A DNA stretch of 59,085 nucleotides from Chiloscyllium plagiosum (Eukaryota): positions 34,484,786-34,543,870 of the forward strand of contig NC_057719.1 in NCBI RefSeq assembly GCF_004010195.1. Direction: 5' to 3'. A program made the position numbers and the translations under genes. Positions within the stretch are counted from its first letter, which is position 1; the number at the start of each line of letters is the position of its first letter. Shown here piece after piece: positions 1 to 13,732 of this stretch. Under the pieces are notes generated by a model. That model did no database searches, was not told where the DNA came from, and saw only the letters and a list, made by a program, of their open reading frames with translations.

Positions 1-1315
1 TTCCCTGGATGTATTTCTGGGAATATCTTCCCTTAGCACAGCTGTAATTGCTATCCCTTATCAAAAATGCCACCCCCCTCCTCTCTTGCCTCCCTTTCTA
101 TCCTTCCTGTAGCATTTGTATCCTGGAACATTAAGCTGCCAGTCCTGCCCATCCCTGAGCCATGTTTCTGTAATTGCTATGATAATCCAGTCCCATGTTC
201 CTAACCATGCCCTGAGTTCATCTGCCTTCCCTGTTAGGCCACTTGCATTGAAATAAATGCAGTTTAATTTATTAGGCCTACCTTGTCCCTGCCTGCCCTG
301 ACTGTTTGACTCACTTCTGTTCTCAGCTGTACCCATCTCAGATCGATATCTTTCTTCACTATCTCCCTGAGTCCCACTCCACCCCCACCTTACTAGTTTA
401 AATCCTCCCAAACAGCTCTAGCAAATTTCCCTGCCAGTATATTAGTCCCCTTCCAATTTAGGTGCAATCCGTCCTTCTTGTATAAGTCACTTCTACCCCA
501 AAAATAGATTCCAATGATCCAAAAATGTGAATCCTTCTCCCATACACCAGCTCCTCAGCCATGCATTCATCTGCTCTATCCTCCTATTCCTGCCCTCACT
601 AGCTCGTAGCACTGGGAGTAATCCAGATATTACTACCCTTGATACCGTTGAGGACCTCCTTTTTAAATTTCTGCCTAACTTTCTGTAATCTCCCTTCAGA
701 GTCTCAACCTTTTCCCTTCCAATGTCGATGGTTCCAATGTGGACAATGACCTCCTGCTGGCCCCTCTTCCCCTTGAGAACATTCTGCACCCTCTCTGAGA
801 CATCCTTGATCCTGGCACCAGGGAAACAACACACCATTCTGCTTTTTTTCTGCGAGCCACAGAAATGTCTGTCTGTACCTCGGACTACAGAATCCCCTAA
901 CACAATTGGAAGCCGACGTACTCCTCGTTGCATTAGAGCCAGTCTCAATACCAGAAACTTGGCTGTTCGTGCTATGTTCCCCTGAGAATCCATCACTCCT
1001 TACATTTTCCAAAACAGCATACCTGTTTGAAATGGGTATATCCACAAAAGACTCCTGCACTAGCTGCCTACCTCTTTTACCCTTCCTGGAGTTAACCCAT
1101 CTATGTGACTGTATCTGAGACTTTCCCCCCCTCCTATAACTGTCATCCATCACATACTGTTGCTGTTGCAAATTTCTCATTGCTTCTATCTGTCTCTCCA
1201 ACTGATCCACTCGATCTGATAAGATTCGCATCCAACAGCATTTATGGCAGATATAATCCGCAGTAACTCTTAAACTCTCTTTAAACTCCCACACCTGACA
1301 AGAAGTATACATCAC
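1..1315 (-). mobile_element. CR1/HER1-type LINE fragment: disrupted ORF1 (zinc finger + SGNH esterase) and start of ORF2 apurinic endonuclease; runs off the window
   Basis: ORF track: TSCQVWEF...YICHKC (zinc finger), IVLGDSVVRGTDRHFCG...CFPGARIKDV...VHIGT (esterase), LNCIYFNA...IAITETWL...PGYKCYRKDR (APE). Frameshifted. Confidence 0.92.
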
Positions 1316-1477
1316 AACATTTAAAAGGCATCCGGGTGGTTACATTAATTGGAGGGTTTAGAGGGATATGTGCCAAATACTGGCAATTGGCACTAGATTT
1401 ATTTAGAAGATCTGGTCAGCATGGACAAGTTGGACCGAAGGGTCTGTTTCTGTGCTGCATATCTCTGTGACTCTATG
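1316..1477 (+). mobile_element. CR1/HER1 3' tail
   Basis: ACATTTAAAAGGCAT...GGACCGAAGGGTCTGTTTCTGTGCTG...GACTCTATG; the same tail occurs at 5601, 24355, 37218, 44197 and 55937. Confidence 0.85.
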
Positions 1478-1489
1478 GTAATGGGATAC

Positions 1490-2100
1490 TAGCCTCTGGG
1501 CAGTTATTTCAAGTATTGAAGTACAGAAGTCTTGATATAGTTAATACAGAGCTTGATGCATGGTATTGGTGAGATCACCGCCTGGAGCACTGTGTACATT
1601 TTGGATGAGCTTATTAAAGAATGTACATTTTTCCATTAAAAGCAGTTCAAAGTGAGGCTGATGCCTGGGATGATCTGTTTGACTTATGAGTAAAGGTTGA
1701 GTCATTGAGCTTAAACTCATTGGAGTTTAGAAGAACGAGGAGTATCTTTATCAAAACATATACTTTCCTAAGGATAAGTGCTGGGAAATGTTTCCTGTCA
1801 TGGGGGAGTCTACAATTCAGAGGTAGACTTTAAAAAGTAAGCCTACTATGTAAGATAGAAATAAGGAATGTCCTCTCTCAGGGAGTTTTTGGAATTTTTT
1901 TTCCACAAAGAGAAGTAAATGCTGGATCACTGAATGTATTCAAAGCTGAATTTAAACGTTTTTGAACAACATAGGAGTTAATAATTATGGGGGACCAAGT
2001 AGAAACATGGAATTAAGGTGATAGTCAAATCAGCTACAATCTTATCAAATGGCAGAGCAGTCCCAATGATCTATACATCCAACTCCAGCTCCTATTTCTT
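1490..2100 (+). mobile_element. Old CR1 ORF2 C-terminal/3' end fragment
   Basis: Decayed ...GGTGAGATCACCGCCTGGAGCACTGTGTACA... (LVRPHLEYCVQFW-like) leading to a CR1-like tail. Confidence 0.6.
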
Positions 2101-2483
2101 AAGTCCTGGAGGAAGCTTTCAGCTAAAGAGATAGTTCCAACATGATGGAATTGTGAATAGTCCTGAAGTAGCACAAAATTGAGTAATAAAACAAATACTC
2201 TGCATTTCTTTTGCACTTCCGGATATTCCAGAGGACTTTACAATGGTGTGTTTTTGATGTTGCAATATAGGGAACCGGAACAGTTGATGTAAAACCTGCA
2301 AATGCCCACAAACAGCAACGAGATGATTGAGCAAGCAAACTGTTTTATTTCTGTTGGTTAAGAGCCAACAAATGGCCAGAATACTGGGAGAACTGCAGGA
2401 TGTCTAACAGTTCCCAGTCAGAACTCCAATAGGAACTGCTATTGGATAAAATGGGCTGAAAATGTCCAATAGTGCTCTTTTGC

Positions 2484-2535
2484 GAAGGGCCTGTTTCCAC
2501 ACTGTAATCTAATCTAATCTAATCTAATCTAATCT
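2484..2535 (+). mobile_element. 52-bp HE1/HER1-type 3' tail with (AATCT)6, between perfect 75-bp direct repeats (2409-2483, 2536-2610)
   Basis: GAAGGGCCTGTTTCCACACTGT(AATCT)6 matches the SINE tails at 22591 and 42486; the flanking repeats are identical base by base. Confidence 0.9.
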
Positions 2536-4587
2536 AGTTCCCAGTCAGAACTCCAATAGGAACTGCTATTGGATAAAATGGGCTGAAAATGTCCAATAGT
2601 GCTCTTTTGCATAAGATTTCACTTGTCTTCCATCAGGAGATTGATGGAAGACCTGTAATTTTTTTCAGGGCTGGAGTGTTCCTATGTACAGAAATAATGG
2701 AAATAGTTCTACAGTTCTCAATATTTTATGATGTTTTTAATAGTTGCATGCAGAAAATAAGCCAAAATCCAAAGACACAAGGAAAACACAGGAAAGAAAA
2801 TGTGTCATTCAGTAAACAGGCAATTCTGAAAGAAGGCAACTAAAACTGCCTAGCACATTTTCAGGCAGCCAAAGATAAATACAATAACTAGGGTGAAATT
2901 ACAAAAATGGTTCTATAGCGTTTCACACAGGTCTAATGGTTAAATGGGGCTTCCACAGAGTGGAAGATTTAATGTGGTTGTGTGCACCTTATGTCAAAAT
3001 GTTAAGTCATAAAGGTCATGGCAGTGGCCTATATGAGTGAATCATGAACAAATGGCCAAATGCTTGTATGTCTCTGTTATCACTGACAGTTGGTGTGTAC
3101 GCCACATGACTTTACAATTTAGACATTAAACCTTCATCAGAAGTGTCATTTGGTCTTCAATTTCAGAAATGTAATTTTAGAACTGTGATCATTTTACATA
3201 GATTCAATCAACACCTAACTCTGACTGAAACTGCTTTCAGCCGTAATCTGATTCGGAAGTATGGTAACCCAAAAAGTAATGACTCACTAGTGCAATGCAA
3301 TATGCGGCCCAGATTTTACTGGAATGGGGCATCCTATTGCATGTCTTATCATTGAATTTCAAAGTAAAAAGATTGTACACTACAAGTTGCTTGAAATGCA
3401 AGTTGATGACAATATGGTGAAAACAATGGGTTACCAGGGACCTTCATCTTTTAACCATCTTCTTAACCAATTGGGATTTAAGAATGGAGGAAAGAAAAAA
3501 AGACCAAGAAGGACATAAAGTCAATTACTAATAAATTAGATATAGAATGAGAAATAAATATATAAAGAAAGATTGAATTAGAAGAGGGTAATAAACCCAT
3601 CCACAGTTGCAAGAGAGAGGGTCATCCAGAGAAGGTCAATTAATAGATCAATATCCATGTGAAAAATATATAAGTCATTCCTGCCTATTGTTTGCTGCGG
3701 CTGTACAAATGTTGTCACTTACTGTGTTAGTTGTGCTGAGACGACTAGGCTGAGTTCTCACCATCACCAAGCTAATTCTTCGGCAGCTCACCTAGCGTTT
3801 TGGATAATTCTTTATTCTCATTGAAATCCTTGCCCTGATCCTTTGCCCACTTCCTGGCTGGGAGGATGCTGATGCTGAATATCCTCTATGTTACTCTGTC
3901 CAGTGTTGGAACTCCCTGGCCCCATCTCAGTGCTGTTGTCCTGTCACTCATTGACTATCAGGCAAGAATGACTTGCCTCAAAACTTAGACTTGCATTAAT
4001 CTCATGAACCACCTGAATCACTGATTGATTGACAACTCAGCAGTCTAATCTCTGCAATCAATTTCACAATTTTGTTTTACACAAAATTAAGTGGTTTTGA
4101 GTGCTTGCAGTTTCAGTTATTGAAACTTGAAAGGCATTAAATGGTTTGGCTGCAATGAAATCAGTTTCTTTATAATGTATGGAACATTATCAATAAATTA
4201 TTTTTTAAAAACCACTTTCATGTTCAACTGTTGCAATGGGATTAATTTCTTCTGTACAGTGTATGGGCATGCAAACCCCATTGCATGGCTTGGGTTATGA
4301 AATTACATTGAAAGCAGCTCGCACATGTAATCTATGACTCTCCACATTTCTGTTGTCCTGTGAACTACAACCCTTTAAAACTGACTGCTGAGCTTAGCTT
4401 CACAATAAAGCCAAGCAGGTTGGGACCCCACCCAACTCACACCCTTAAACAGCCCTAGTGAAAACCAGAAACCATGGGAAATGGGTTGTCAGTCCCAGAA
4501 ATGGCCTGTCACCTATTTTTAAAGGGCTCTGAAGTCACCTCAAAATGAAAGAAATCTAGCCTCAAAGTCAAAGATCAAAGACACTTT

Positions 4588-4687
4588 CCTCATTCCTGAA
4601 GAAGGGCTCATGCCCGAAACGTCGATTCTCCAGCTCCTTGGATGCTGCCTGACCCGCTGCGCTTTTCCAGCAACACATTTTCAGCTC
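4588..4687 (+). mobile_element. PLE terminal-repeat (pLTR) fragment, family A
   Basis: CCTGAAGAAGGGCTCATGCCCGAAACGTCGATTCTCC...GGATGCTGCCTGACC...TTTTCCAGCAACACATTTTCAGCTC; homologues at 13279, 23141, 28120, 44915 and 58746. Confidence 0.8.
4592..4627 (+). ncRNA. Minimal hammerhead ribozyme motif (family A)
   Basis: CUGAAGA (4596-4602), stem II GGGC-UCAU-GCCC, GAAAC, GUC triplet (4621-4623). Activity not shown. Confidence 0.7.
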
Positions 4688-5600
4688 AAAATCAATCTGA
4701 CAAACTTCTCACAGAAAATGTCCTGATTTTTCTTTTCTTTTCATATTTATATATTGCTCATATTTTATGCATTCTGCCTTCAAACGATAGCAGGCCAGGA
4801 CTCATAAAACAGTAACAAGATGATTATGGGTTTTCGGACTTGCAAGAGACTTTCGGAGCTGAGCTTTTTATCAGACAAAGAATCTGAAAAAGAATAAGAT
4901 CCAGTTCTTTAAAACATGTAAGCATGGATAACATACACATAAAGCACAAAGTTTAAGTTGGACTGCAAGGGCAGAAGTTAAGGCCATGAGTAGAGAATTT
5001 GCTCATCTCAAGTCAGACCAAAGATAAGAAGAAATGAGATTTTCCACAGTGTAGTGGAAATGTGAAACCGACTTTTGACCAGAGCTGTTAATCCTGTGTT
5101 GATTAACTCATTTTAAAAAAGGGTAAGTATTTTATTATGATTGGAACTGAAGGTGTGGAAATAAGTGTAGATAAAAAATAATGAAATATTTTTGGAAATA
5201 ATGGCAACATGAAAATCCTACATACAAGGAAAGAAACTGATCAAAAGGATCAGTTGGTTGCAAAGTTAAACTAAAATTTCCAGAATTTTGTTCAATTACC
5301 TTTGAAATCAAAAAGAAACTTTCAAGAACTTTCATGCATGATTAAACAGTCTGTCAAATCTGTAGTAAATTATAGTATATTTGGGTTTGCATTGGGTTTA
5401 CATTCTATTCCTATTGGCTAGTTTTCTCTCAGTAATATTCCCCTTCTCAGCATGAACCTTATGATGCACATTCCAACAATTTCATTCACCTACCCTCAAT
5501 TAACTTAATGTACAGCCTTGGCTAAAGTAGCTTTTGTTCCCAGTTAAACACATGTACACTTTTGCGCAGGATGCTCTTTTCATGTTTTGCAATCATTCTT

Positions 5601-6296
5601 AGAGTCATAGAGTCATAGAGCTGTACAACATCAAAATGGATCCTTCAATTCAACTCATTGACGCTGACTAGATATTCTAAATTAATCTATTCCCATTTGC
5701 TAGCATTTGACCCATATTTTTCTCAACCCTTCCTATTCATATACCCATCCAGATGCCACTTAAATGTTGTAATTGCACCACCTTCCACACCTTCCTCTGG
5801 CAAACACACACCACCATCTGCATAAAAAAGGTGCTCCTTAGATCGCTTTTAAATCTTTCCCCTCTCACCTTAAACATCTGCCCTCTACTTTTGGATTCTC
5901 GTACCCTGAGAAAAAAACGTTGGCTATTCACCTTATCCATGCCCTTCATGATTTTTTAACTCTATAAGGTCACACTTCATCCTCCAATGCTCCAGGGAAA
6001 ATAGCTCCATCCTATTCAGCCTCTCTCTATAACTGAAACCCTCCAACCCCAGCAATTTCTGAACCGTTTCAAGTTTATCAACATCCTTTGTCTAGCAGCA
6101 AGACCAGAATTGCATGCAGTATTCCAAAAGCGGCCAAACCAATGTCCGTACAGCTGCAACATGACCCCCCAACTCTTGTACTCAATACACTGACCAATAA
6201 GGCAAGCACATCAAACTCCTCTTTCACTATCCTGTCTACCTGCAACTCTACTTTCAAGGAATGATGAACCTGCACTCCAAGATCTCTTTGTTCCTG
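5601..6296 (-). mobile_element. CR1/HER1 5'-truncated copy
   Basis: (TCTATGAC)-type tail at 5601; peptides EQRDLGVQVHHSLKV and SRGQMFKVRGERFKSDLR. Confidence 0.9.
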
Positions 6297-6994
6297 CGCA
6301 TTTGGCAATAGTTTTCATTATCACCACATTGAACAGCTTTACCACTTGTCATAAAATATGTTCAATTTTAATTTCCAAGCCAAAGGAATTGTGTTCTAAA
6401 AGCTATGGACAATTTGTCTCAATAGTTCATTGACACAATAGTGAAGAGGAAACTACCCTCATAGTTACCAATTTAAAGAACAGTTTTGAGGAAGTTGCCT
6501 TGGTACAAGTTAATAAAGTGAATGGATTTGCAAAGGGATGAATGGGTATTGAAAGAGTTATATTGATTATGTATATGTAGATTATTCAATGCCATTTTAG
6601 TTTCATTGCCCTGACAAAATATAAGTGGCATGGGAGTTTAAATCAAAGCTGTAGACTCAAAATTGGTACTCTAGCCTAACACATTCTTCCAACAATGCAT
6701 GGCTGGAATGCCCTTCAGAAAGGTGAATACATTGAAATCACCATCCTATTACATATCAAGGACACCAAAACTATTTCTAATATCTATGGTCACAATGTCT
6801 AGTCCATTCAATAAGGAAAAGGCAGGAAAGTAGAGTTGAGCATTATCAGGTAAGGCATGATCTCACTAAATGGCAAAGTAGGCACAACAAGCTGAATTGC
6901 TTACTATTGCTGCTTCATTTTATGGTTTTGTGGTTATGGAAGAATAGGCTGATATTAAAGAATAGATAGTTCAGGGACTGCCAAGATATGGAAA

Positions 6995-7181
6995 AAGTTA
7001 AAAACTGCACAACACCAGATTATAATCCAACAGGTTTGTTTAGCAGAATGCTCCACTAGCTATATGATGAAGGAGCAGCACTCCAAAAGCTTGTACTTCT
7101 AAATAAACCTGCTGGACTATAACCTGGTGTTGTGTGATTTTTAACTTTGTCCACTCCAGTCCAACATCATCACCTCCACAT
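6995..7181 (+). mobile_element. Non-coding mini-PLE (family C), self-inverted, with 14-bp TSD
   Basis: Inverted arms CACAACACCAGATTATAATCCAACAGGTTT / AAACCTGCTGGACTATAACCTGGTGTTGTG; decayed hammerhead core ATGATGAAGGAGCAGCACTCCAAAAGCT; TSD CCAAGATATGGAAA at 6981-6994 and 7182-7195; homologous to the end of the PLE at 32120. Confidence 0.85.
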
Positions 7182-7579
7182 CCAAGATATGGAAAGGTAA
7201 CAAACTCAAGTCCAAATCTTCCAAGATGATAAAAGAGAGAGAGAGATTAAATAAAGCTGAAAAGTCTGCTTATGACAATTTTCAAACAAATGGAATAACT
7301 GGGAACTAGACTGAATATAGAAGGTTTAGAGAAGAATCGAAAGATCAAATACAAGAAGCAAAGAGATAGAATGAAAAGATAATGATATCTATCATGAAAG
7401 GAGATTGCAAAGTCTATTATCTGCAGTTAAATCGTAGAAAGATTATAAGGGAAACAGTAAGGTCAATTAATGACAAAAAAGGAACTTGCCATTGGAGGCA
7501 ATGTATGAATACACAAGAAGGCAGTTTGGACACTTGAAGGTATTAAAAATTGATAAGGAGGAGGATTGGATAGGCTTAT

Positions 7580-10005
7580 TACCCTTGATTCCCTGATTGA
7601 TTAAAAATCGGTCTGGCTCTGTTTTGTATATATTTAATAACTCACCCTTGATAGCTCTCTATGGTAAAGAATGCTACAGATTCACCATTCTCTCTAAAAA
7701 GAAATTCCTCCTCAACTTTGCCTTAAATGTCCAACTCTTTATTCTGAGATTATACCTTCTGATCCTAGATCTCCCAGAAAGGGAAACACCCTTTCCATAT
7801 CTACTCTGTTATGTTCCCTAAGAATCTTGTATGGTTCAATAAAGTCACTTCTCATTCCTTTAAATTACAATGAGTAGATACCCAACCTATTCAACCTCTC
7901 CTCGTAAGACAGTTCCTCCATGCCTGATATCAGCCCAGTAAACCTCTGGGCTGCCTCTAATGCCAAGATATCTTTCCATAGATAAGAGGCCCAAAACTGT
8001 GGTCTAACTAATGTCTTGAATAGTTTGATCAAAACTTCCCTATTTTTCTACACCATTCCCTTTCTAATAAAGGCCAACATTCCATTTGGCTTCCCTATTA
8101 TTTACTGAACTTGGATGTAAGCATTTTCTGAATCATAGACATGGTCTCCCAAATTCCTCTGTTCTGTATAATTTCTCAATTTAAGTAATATTTAGCTCCT
8201 CTATTTTTCCTGCCAAAGTGCATTACCTCACATTTTTTCAAATTATATTCCATCTGCCAAGTTTTTTTCCCACTCACTTAACTTGTCTATATCTCTCTGC
8301 AAATGTTTTGTTTCATCCTCACTGTTTGACTTCCCACTTATCTGTGTTTTATCTGCAAACTTGGCTATTGTATACTCACTTTCCACATACAGATCATTAA
8401 TATACCTTGTAACAAATTTTAGCCTAGCACAATTCTTCTGGTAATCCACTGGTTACAGGCTGTCATCCTATAAACGTACCCTTTATCTCAACTCTTTGAC
8501 TTCTATTGGTTAGTTAGTCCTCTATCCATGCTAATATACTAGCTCCAACACCATGGGTTCTCATTAAATAGTCTAACATGAGGTCAATCACCTTGTCAAA
8601 TGCCTTCTTCAATCCAAATATTACATCTGCCACTTCCTCTTTATCTATCCTGCTTGTTACCTCTTCAAAGAATTGTAGTAAATCTATAAAGCATGATTCT
8701 TCTTCATGATTTCCTCTTCATGAAGCGATCCTGGCTCTGCTTGATAATATCATGTATTTCTAAATTCTCTGCTATTATGTTCTTTATAGTAGACACTAAC
8801 ATTGATCCAGTAATATACATTAGGCAAACATTAGGCAAACCGATAGTTATCTGTTTCTGTCTCTTAACCTGTTTAATTAAAGATGTTACATTGGTCATTT
8901 CTAATCCTCTGGGACAATTTTAGAATTTACAAACAATGTATCCATAATCACTGCAGCTACTTCCTTTAGTATTTAATGTTGCATCCCATCACATTCAAGG
9001 TCTTTAACCCCAATAGTTTCACCTCACACTTTTTCTCTACTGATAGTTATTGTCTTTATTTCCTCTCTTCCTTTTACCCCTTGATTATTATTTAATGTTG
9101 TTAGATTGCAAATAATGTCTTTTATTATAAAGATTGATGCAAAGTATCACCTCCCCTGCCATTTCCTGGTTCTCCATTATTATTTCCCCAACTTTGTCCT
9201 CTAAGGGGTTTATGTCCATTTTGGATTCTCTCCTCCCTTCTATACATTTAAAAACATGTATTCTTCTCATCTGTTTTGATATTTATTACAAGTTTATCTT
9301 CAAATTTACTTACTCCTCTTTATTAATTTTGTTTTGTCATTTTTGGTTGATTTTTAAGGCTTTCCCAATCCTTTGGCCTACCACTAATCTTTACTACATT
9401 GTATTTTAATTTTATTTTAATATGATGCTATCCTTAAATTCCCTGGTTAACTATAGTTGTCTTACTCTCTTCCTAGAAACCTTCTTCCTCACTGGAATAT
9501 ATCTTTACTGTAAAATATTAGCTATTTTCTTAAATGTCTGCCATTGCTCCTCTACCATCTTTGCTGCTAAATTCCTTTCCCAATCCACTCCAGCCAGCTC
9601 TGCATCATTCTTTTATCATTACCTTGAATTAAGCTAAGCACAGTTGTATCTGACCCAAGTTCCTCACTCTCAAACTGAATGCTAAATTCTGCCATGTTAT
9701 GGTCACTCTTTCCTGTGAGCTCTTTTACTCTGACATTGTTTACTGGACCTGCCTTATTACACATCACCAGATCCAAATATATCCTGATGTCTGGTTGGAT
9801 CCGTAACATGTTGCTCTCGGAAATTGTTCTGAATACACACGATGTAACTTGACTGTTACATTTAAATAAAGATTAAATTCACCCATAATTAATGTACTGC
9901 CTTTCTTACATGACCTCGTTATCTGCTGATGGATTCTCCACCACCACCCCCCACCCCACCCCTGTACAGCTAATATTAGGGGCTCTTGCCTACATCTCCC
10001 AGTAC
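7580..10005 (-). mobile_element. Old CR1 ORF2 fragment (RT to endonuclease)
   Basis: Peptides YINDL...IAKFADKT, IIKQSQDRFMKRKS, LDLVMCN...GKSDHNMAEF and TLIMGEFNL. Confidence 0.85.
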
Positions 10006-10010
10006 ATAAT

Positions 10011-13000
10011 GACATAAGAACTTGGAGCAGGAGGAGGCCATCTGGCCTTTCTACTCTGCTCCACCATTCAATAAGATCATGGCTGATCTTTTCGTGTCCT
10101 CAGCTCCACTTACCCGCCCACTCAACATAACCCTTAATTCCTTTATTGTTCAAACAATTACCTACCTTAGCATTAAAAACATTTACTGAGGAAGCCTTAA
10201 CCACTTCACTGGGAAGGGAATTCCACAGAGTTACAACCCTCTGGATGAAGAAGTTCCTTCTCAATTCAGTCCTAAATCTGGTTCCCCCTAATTTTGAGGC
10301 TATGCCCTCTTGTCCTAGTTCCACCCGCCAGTGGAAACATCCTCTCCAATTCTATCTGATCTATTCTCTTAGTAACGTTATATGTTTCTATAAGATTCCT
10401 CCCTCATTCTTCTAAATTCCAATGAATATAATCCCAGTCTACTCAGTCTCTCCACATAAGCCAAACCCCTCAACTCTGGAATCAACGTAGCAAACCTCTT
10501 GTGCACCCCTTTCTAAAGCTAGTTCTCAAGTAAGGAGACTAAAACTGTGCACAGTACTCCAGGTGTGGCCTCACCAGCACCCTATACAGCTGCAACATAA
10601 CCTCGCTACTTTTAAACTCAATCCCTTTAGCAATGAAGGACAAAATTCCATTTGTATTCTTAATTACCTATTGCACCTCCAGACCTACCTTCTGTAGTTC
10701 AATCACAAGCACGCCCAAGTCCCTCTGCATAGCAGCATGCTGCAACTTCTTACCATTCAAGTAATAGTCTTTTTACCATTATTCCTACCCAAATGGATTA
10801 CTTCATATTTATTAACATTGTACTCCACCTGCCAGACCTTTTCCAACTCACTTAAACTATCTATGTCCCTTTGCAAAGTTTCACAGTCCTCTGCATTCTT
10901 TGCTCTGCCACTCATCTTAGTGTCATCTGCAAACTTTGACACACTACACGTGGTCACCAACTCTAAAACATCCATGTAAATTGTGGATAACTGAGGTCCT
11001 AACACTGATCCCTGAGGCATATACTAGTCACTGATTGCCAACTAGAATAGCACTCATTTATTCCCACTCTTTGCTTCCTGTTAGTTAACCAACCCTTTAT
11101 CTATGCTAATACATTGTCCATAACACCTTGCATCTTTATCTTACATAGCAGCCTTTTGTGTGGCACGTTGTTGAATGCCTTTTGGAAATAGATACACCAC
11201 ATCTACTGGGTACCCATTGTCTACCATGTTGTAATGTCTTCATAGAATTCCAATAGATTAGTTAAGCATGGCCTGCCCTTCATGAACCCATGCTGCATCT
11301 GCCCAACAGGACAATTTCTATCTCGATGCCTTGCTATTTCTTGTTTGATAATAGATGCAAGCATCTTCCCGACTACAGAAGTTAAGCTAACTGGTCTATA
11401 ATTCCCTACCTTTTGTCTACCTTCCTTTTTAAACAGTAGTGTCACATTTGCTGTTTTCCAATCTGCTGAAACTGCCCCAGAGTCCAATGAACTTTGGCAT
11501 ACTGCCACAAGTGCATTTGTTATTTCTCCCGCCAAATCTTTTAGCACCCTGGGATGCATTCCATCAGGACAGGAGACTTGCATATGTTCAGCTCCATTAG
11601 CTTGCCCAACACTATCTTCTTCATAACAATGATTGTTTCCAGTTCCTCACGTACTTTCGTCTCTTTGTAATTTCTGGCATATTATTTGTTTCCTCCACTG
11701 TGGAGGAGGACCGACAAAAAATACCTATTCAATGCCTCGGTCATTTCCTTGTCTCCAAATACTAAATCCCCCTTCTCATCCTGTAAAGGACTAATGTCTA
11801 CGTTAGCCACTCATGTTTGTTGTATAAATTTATAGAAATGTTTGTTATCTGTCTTTATATTCTGAGCTAGCGTTTTTCTCATAATCCATCTTACTTTTCT
11901 TTTTAGCTCTTCCTGTGACTTTCTGTTGACCTTTCAAGCTTTCCCAATCTTCAAGTTTCCCAGTGATCTTGGCCACTTTGTGTGTCATCTCTTTCAATTT
12001 GATTGCCTCCCTTATTTCCTTAGACACCTGTGGCAGATTACCTCTTTTCCTACAGTCCTTTTTTTTACTGGAATATATTTTTGCTGAGCACTTTGAAAAA
12101 TTGCTTTGAATGTACTCCACTGTTCATCAACTGTCCGACCATAAAGTCTTTGCTTCCAGTCTGCTTCCAGTCCTGGGCTGTAAATTTTCTCAGTTCTTTG
12201 TTCTTTGTACTTAGCCAACTCCCTTCCCGTCCTCTTGTAGTCTACCTTGTTTAAGCACAGGACCCTGGTATTGGATCTTATCTTCGTACTTTCCATCTGT
12301 ATTCTAAATTCAACCAGACTGTGATCGCTCCTTCCAAGAGGATCCCTAACTATGACATCATTAATTATTCCTGTCTCATTACACGGGATGAGATCTAGGA
12401 TAGCTTGCTCCTTCGTTGGTTCCATTACATACTGTTCAAGAAAACTATCACAGATGAACTCCTCATCAAAGCTACCTTGACCGACCTGAGTCAACCAATC
12501 GATATGTCAATTAAAATGCCCTATGATAATTGCTGTACCTTTTTACAGGCATTAGTTAATTCTTTGTTTATGGCCTGCCCCAATGTGATATTATTATTTG
12601 GTGGCCTATAGACTACACCTATCAGTAACTTTTTCCTCTTAGAATTTCTAATTTCCACCAAATGAATTCAACCTTATTCTCCATAGAACCTATATCATCT
12701 CTCCCCACTGCTTTGATGTCATCCTTAAATATCAGAGCTACACCACCTCCCTGTCTGTCCTTCTGAATAGTCTGATACCTATGGATATTTAACTCCCAGT
12801 CGTGACCATCCTGAAACCATTCTCCGAAATGGCTACTAAATCATATTCATTCGCGATGATTTGTGCCATTAACTCATCTATCTTGTTACGAATCCTGTGA
12901 GTATTCAGGTAAAGTGTCCTTACGCTAGCTTTTGTACCTTCTTTATGAATTCCAACATCTCCAACAATAATATCTCCTGAGTTATCCTTTCTTTTTACTT

Positions 13001-13730
13001 GTTTCATAGTCTGCCTTGTAGTTAAATCTTCCTGCACACATGCTAACCTGTTGCTTTCCTTTCTATTTACCACCACACTTTCTGTCATTTTGCCATTCCC
13101 TTCCTCCCGACTCACTCATTTAAAGTCCTAGTGACAACCCTATTTATCCTTTTCCCTAGAACACTGGTTCCAGATCAGTTCAGGTGGTGACCATCCCATC
13201 AGTACAGATCCCTCCTGTTCCAAAACTGAAACCAATGCCCCATGAAATGGAATCCCTCTTGCTCACACCACTCCCTTATGCCCAAAACGTCGATTCTCCT
13301 GCTCCTTGGATGTTGCCTGACCTGCTGCGTTTTCCAGCAACACATTTTTCAGCTCCCTTAGTCATATGTTTACTTCCCTATTTTGCTTATCCCGAAGCCA
13401 ATCTCTGTGTTAATGACACTCAATAGTATTTAATATAATCCAGATATTATAACGCTTGAGGACCTGTTCCATAATTTTGTTCCCAGTGCTTTATAATGCC
13501 CAAAAAGGTCCCCCTTTCTAGTCTTTCCGATGTAGTTTGTTCCAAGGTGAACAACAATGACTGGATCCTCCCCCTCCCGCTCCAATATCCTTTCAAGCCA
13601 GTCAGAGTTGGCCTGCAAACTGGGACCTGGCAGGCAGCATCTCAATCCTGCTTACAAAGATCCTGCTTATCTATTCCCCAAATTATAGAATCCCCTACAC
13701 CTACCACTTGCCTTTTGGCTCCCCCCTTTT
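10011..13730 (-). mobile_element. Near-complete CR1 LINE (3' tail, ORF2 RT+APE, ORF1 esterase), 5'-truncated and disrupted
   Basis: PQGSVLGP...SKFADDTK; PDGMHPRVLK...NYRPVSLTSVVGK; LGRSDHSLVEF; LYLNTHRIRNKIDEL; CCLPG...VVHLGTN. Confidence 0.93.
13279..13352 (+). mobile_element. PLE family A pLTR fragment inserted in CR1
   Basis: TGCCCAAAACGTCGATTCTCC...CAACACATTTTTCAG; 8-bp TSD CTCCCTTA at 13271-13278 and 13353-13360. Confidence 0.8.
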
Positions 13731-13732
13731 CA

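Noticed and set aside
3718..3945. Possible minus-strand exon (AG acceptor near 3943, GTAAGT donor near 3720)
   Set aside because: Stops in the frames I read, no recognisable protein, and no partner exons.
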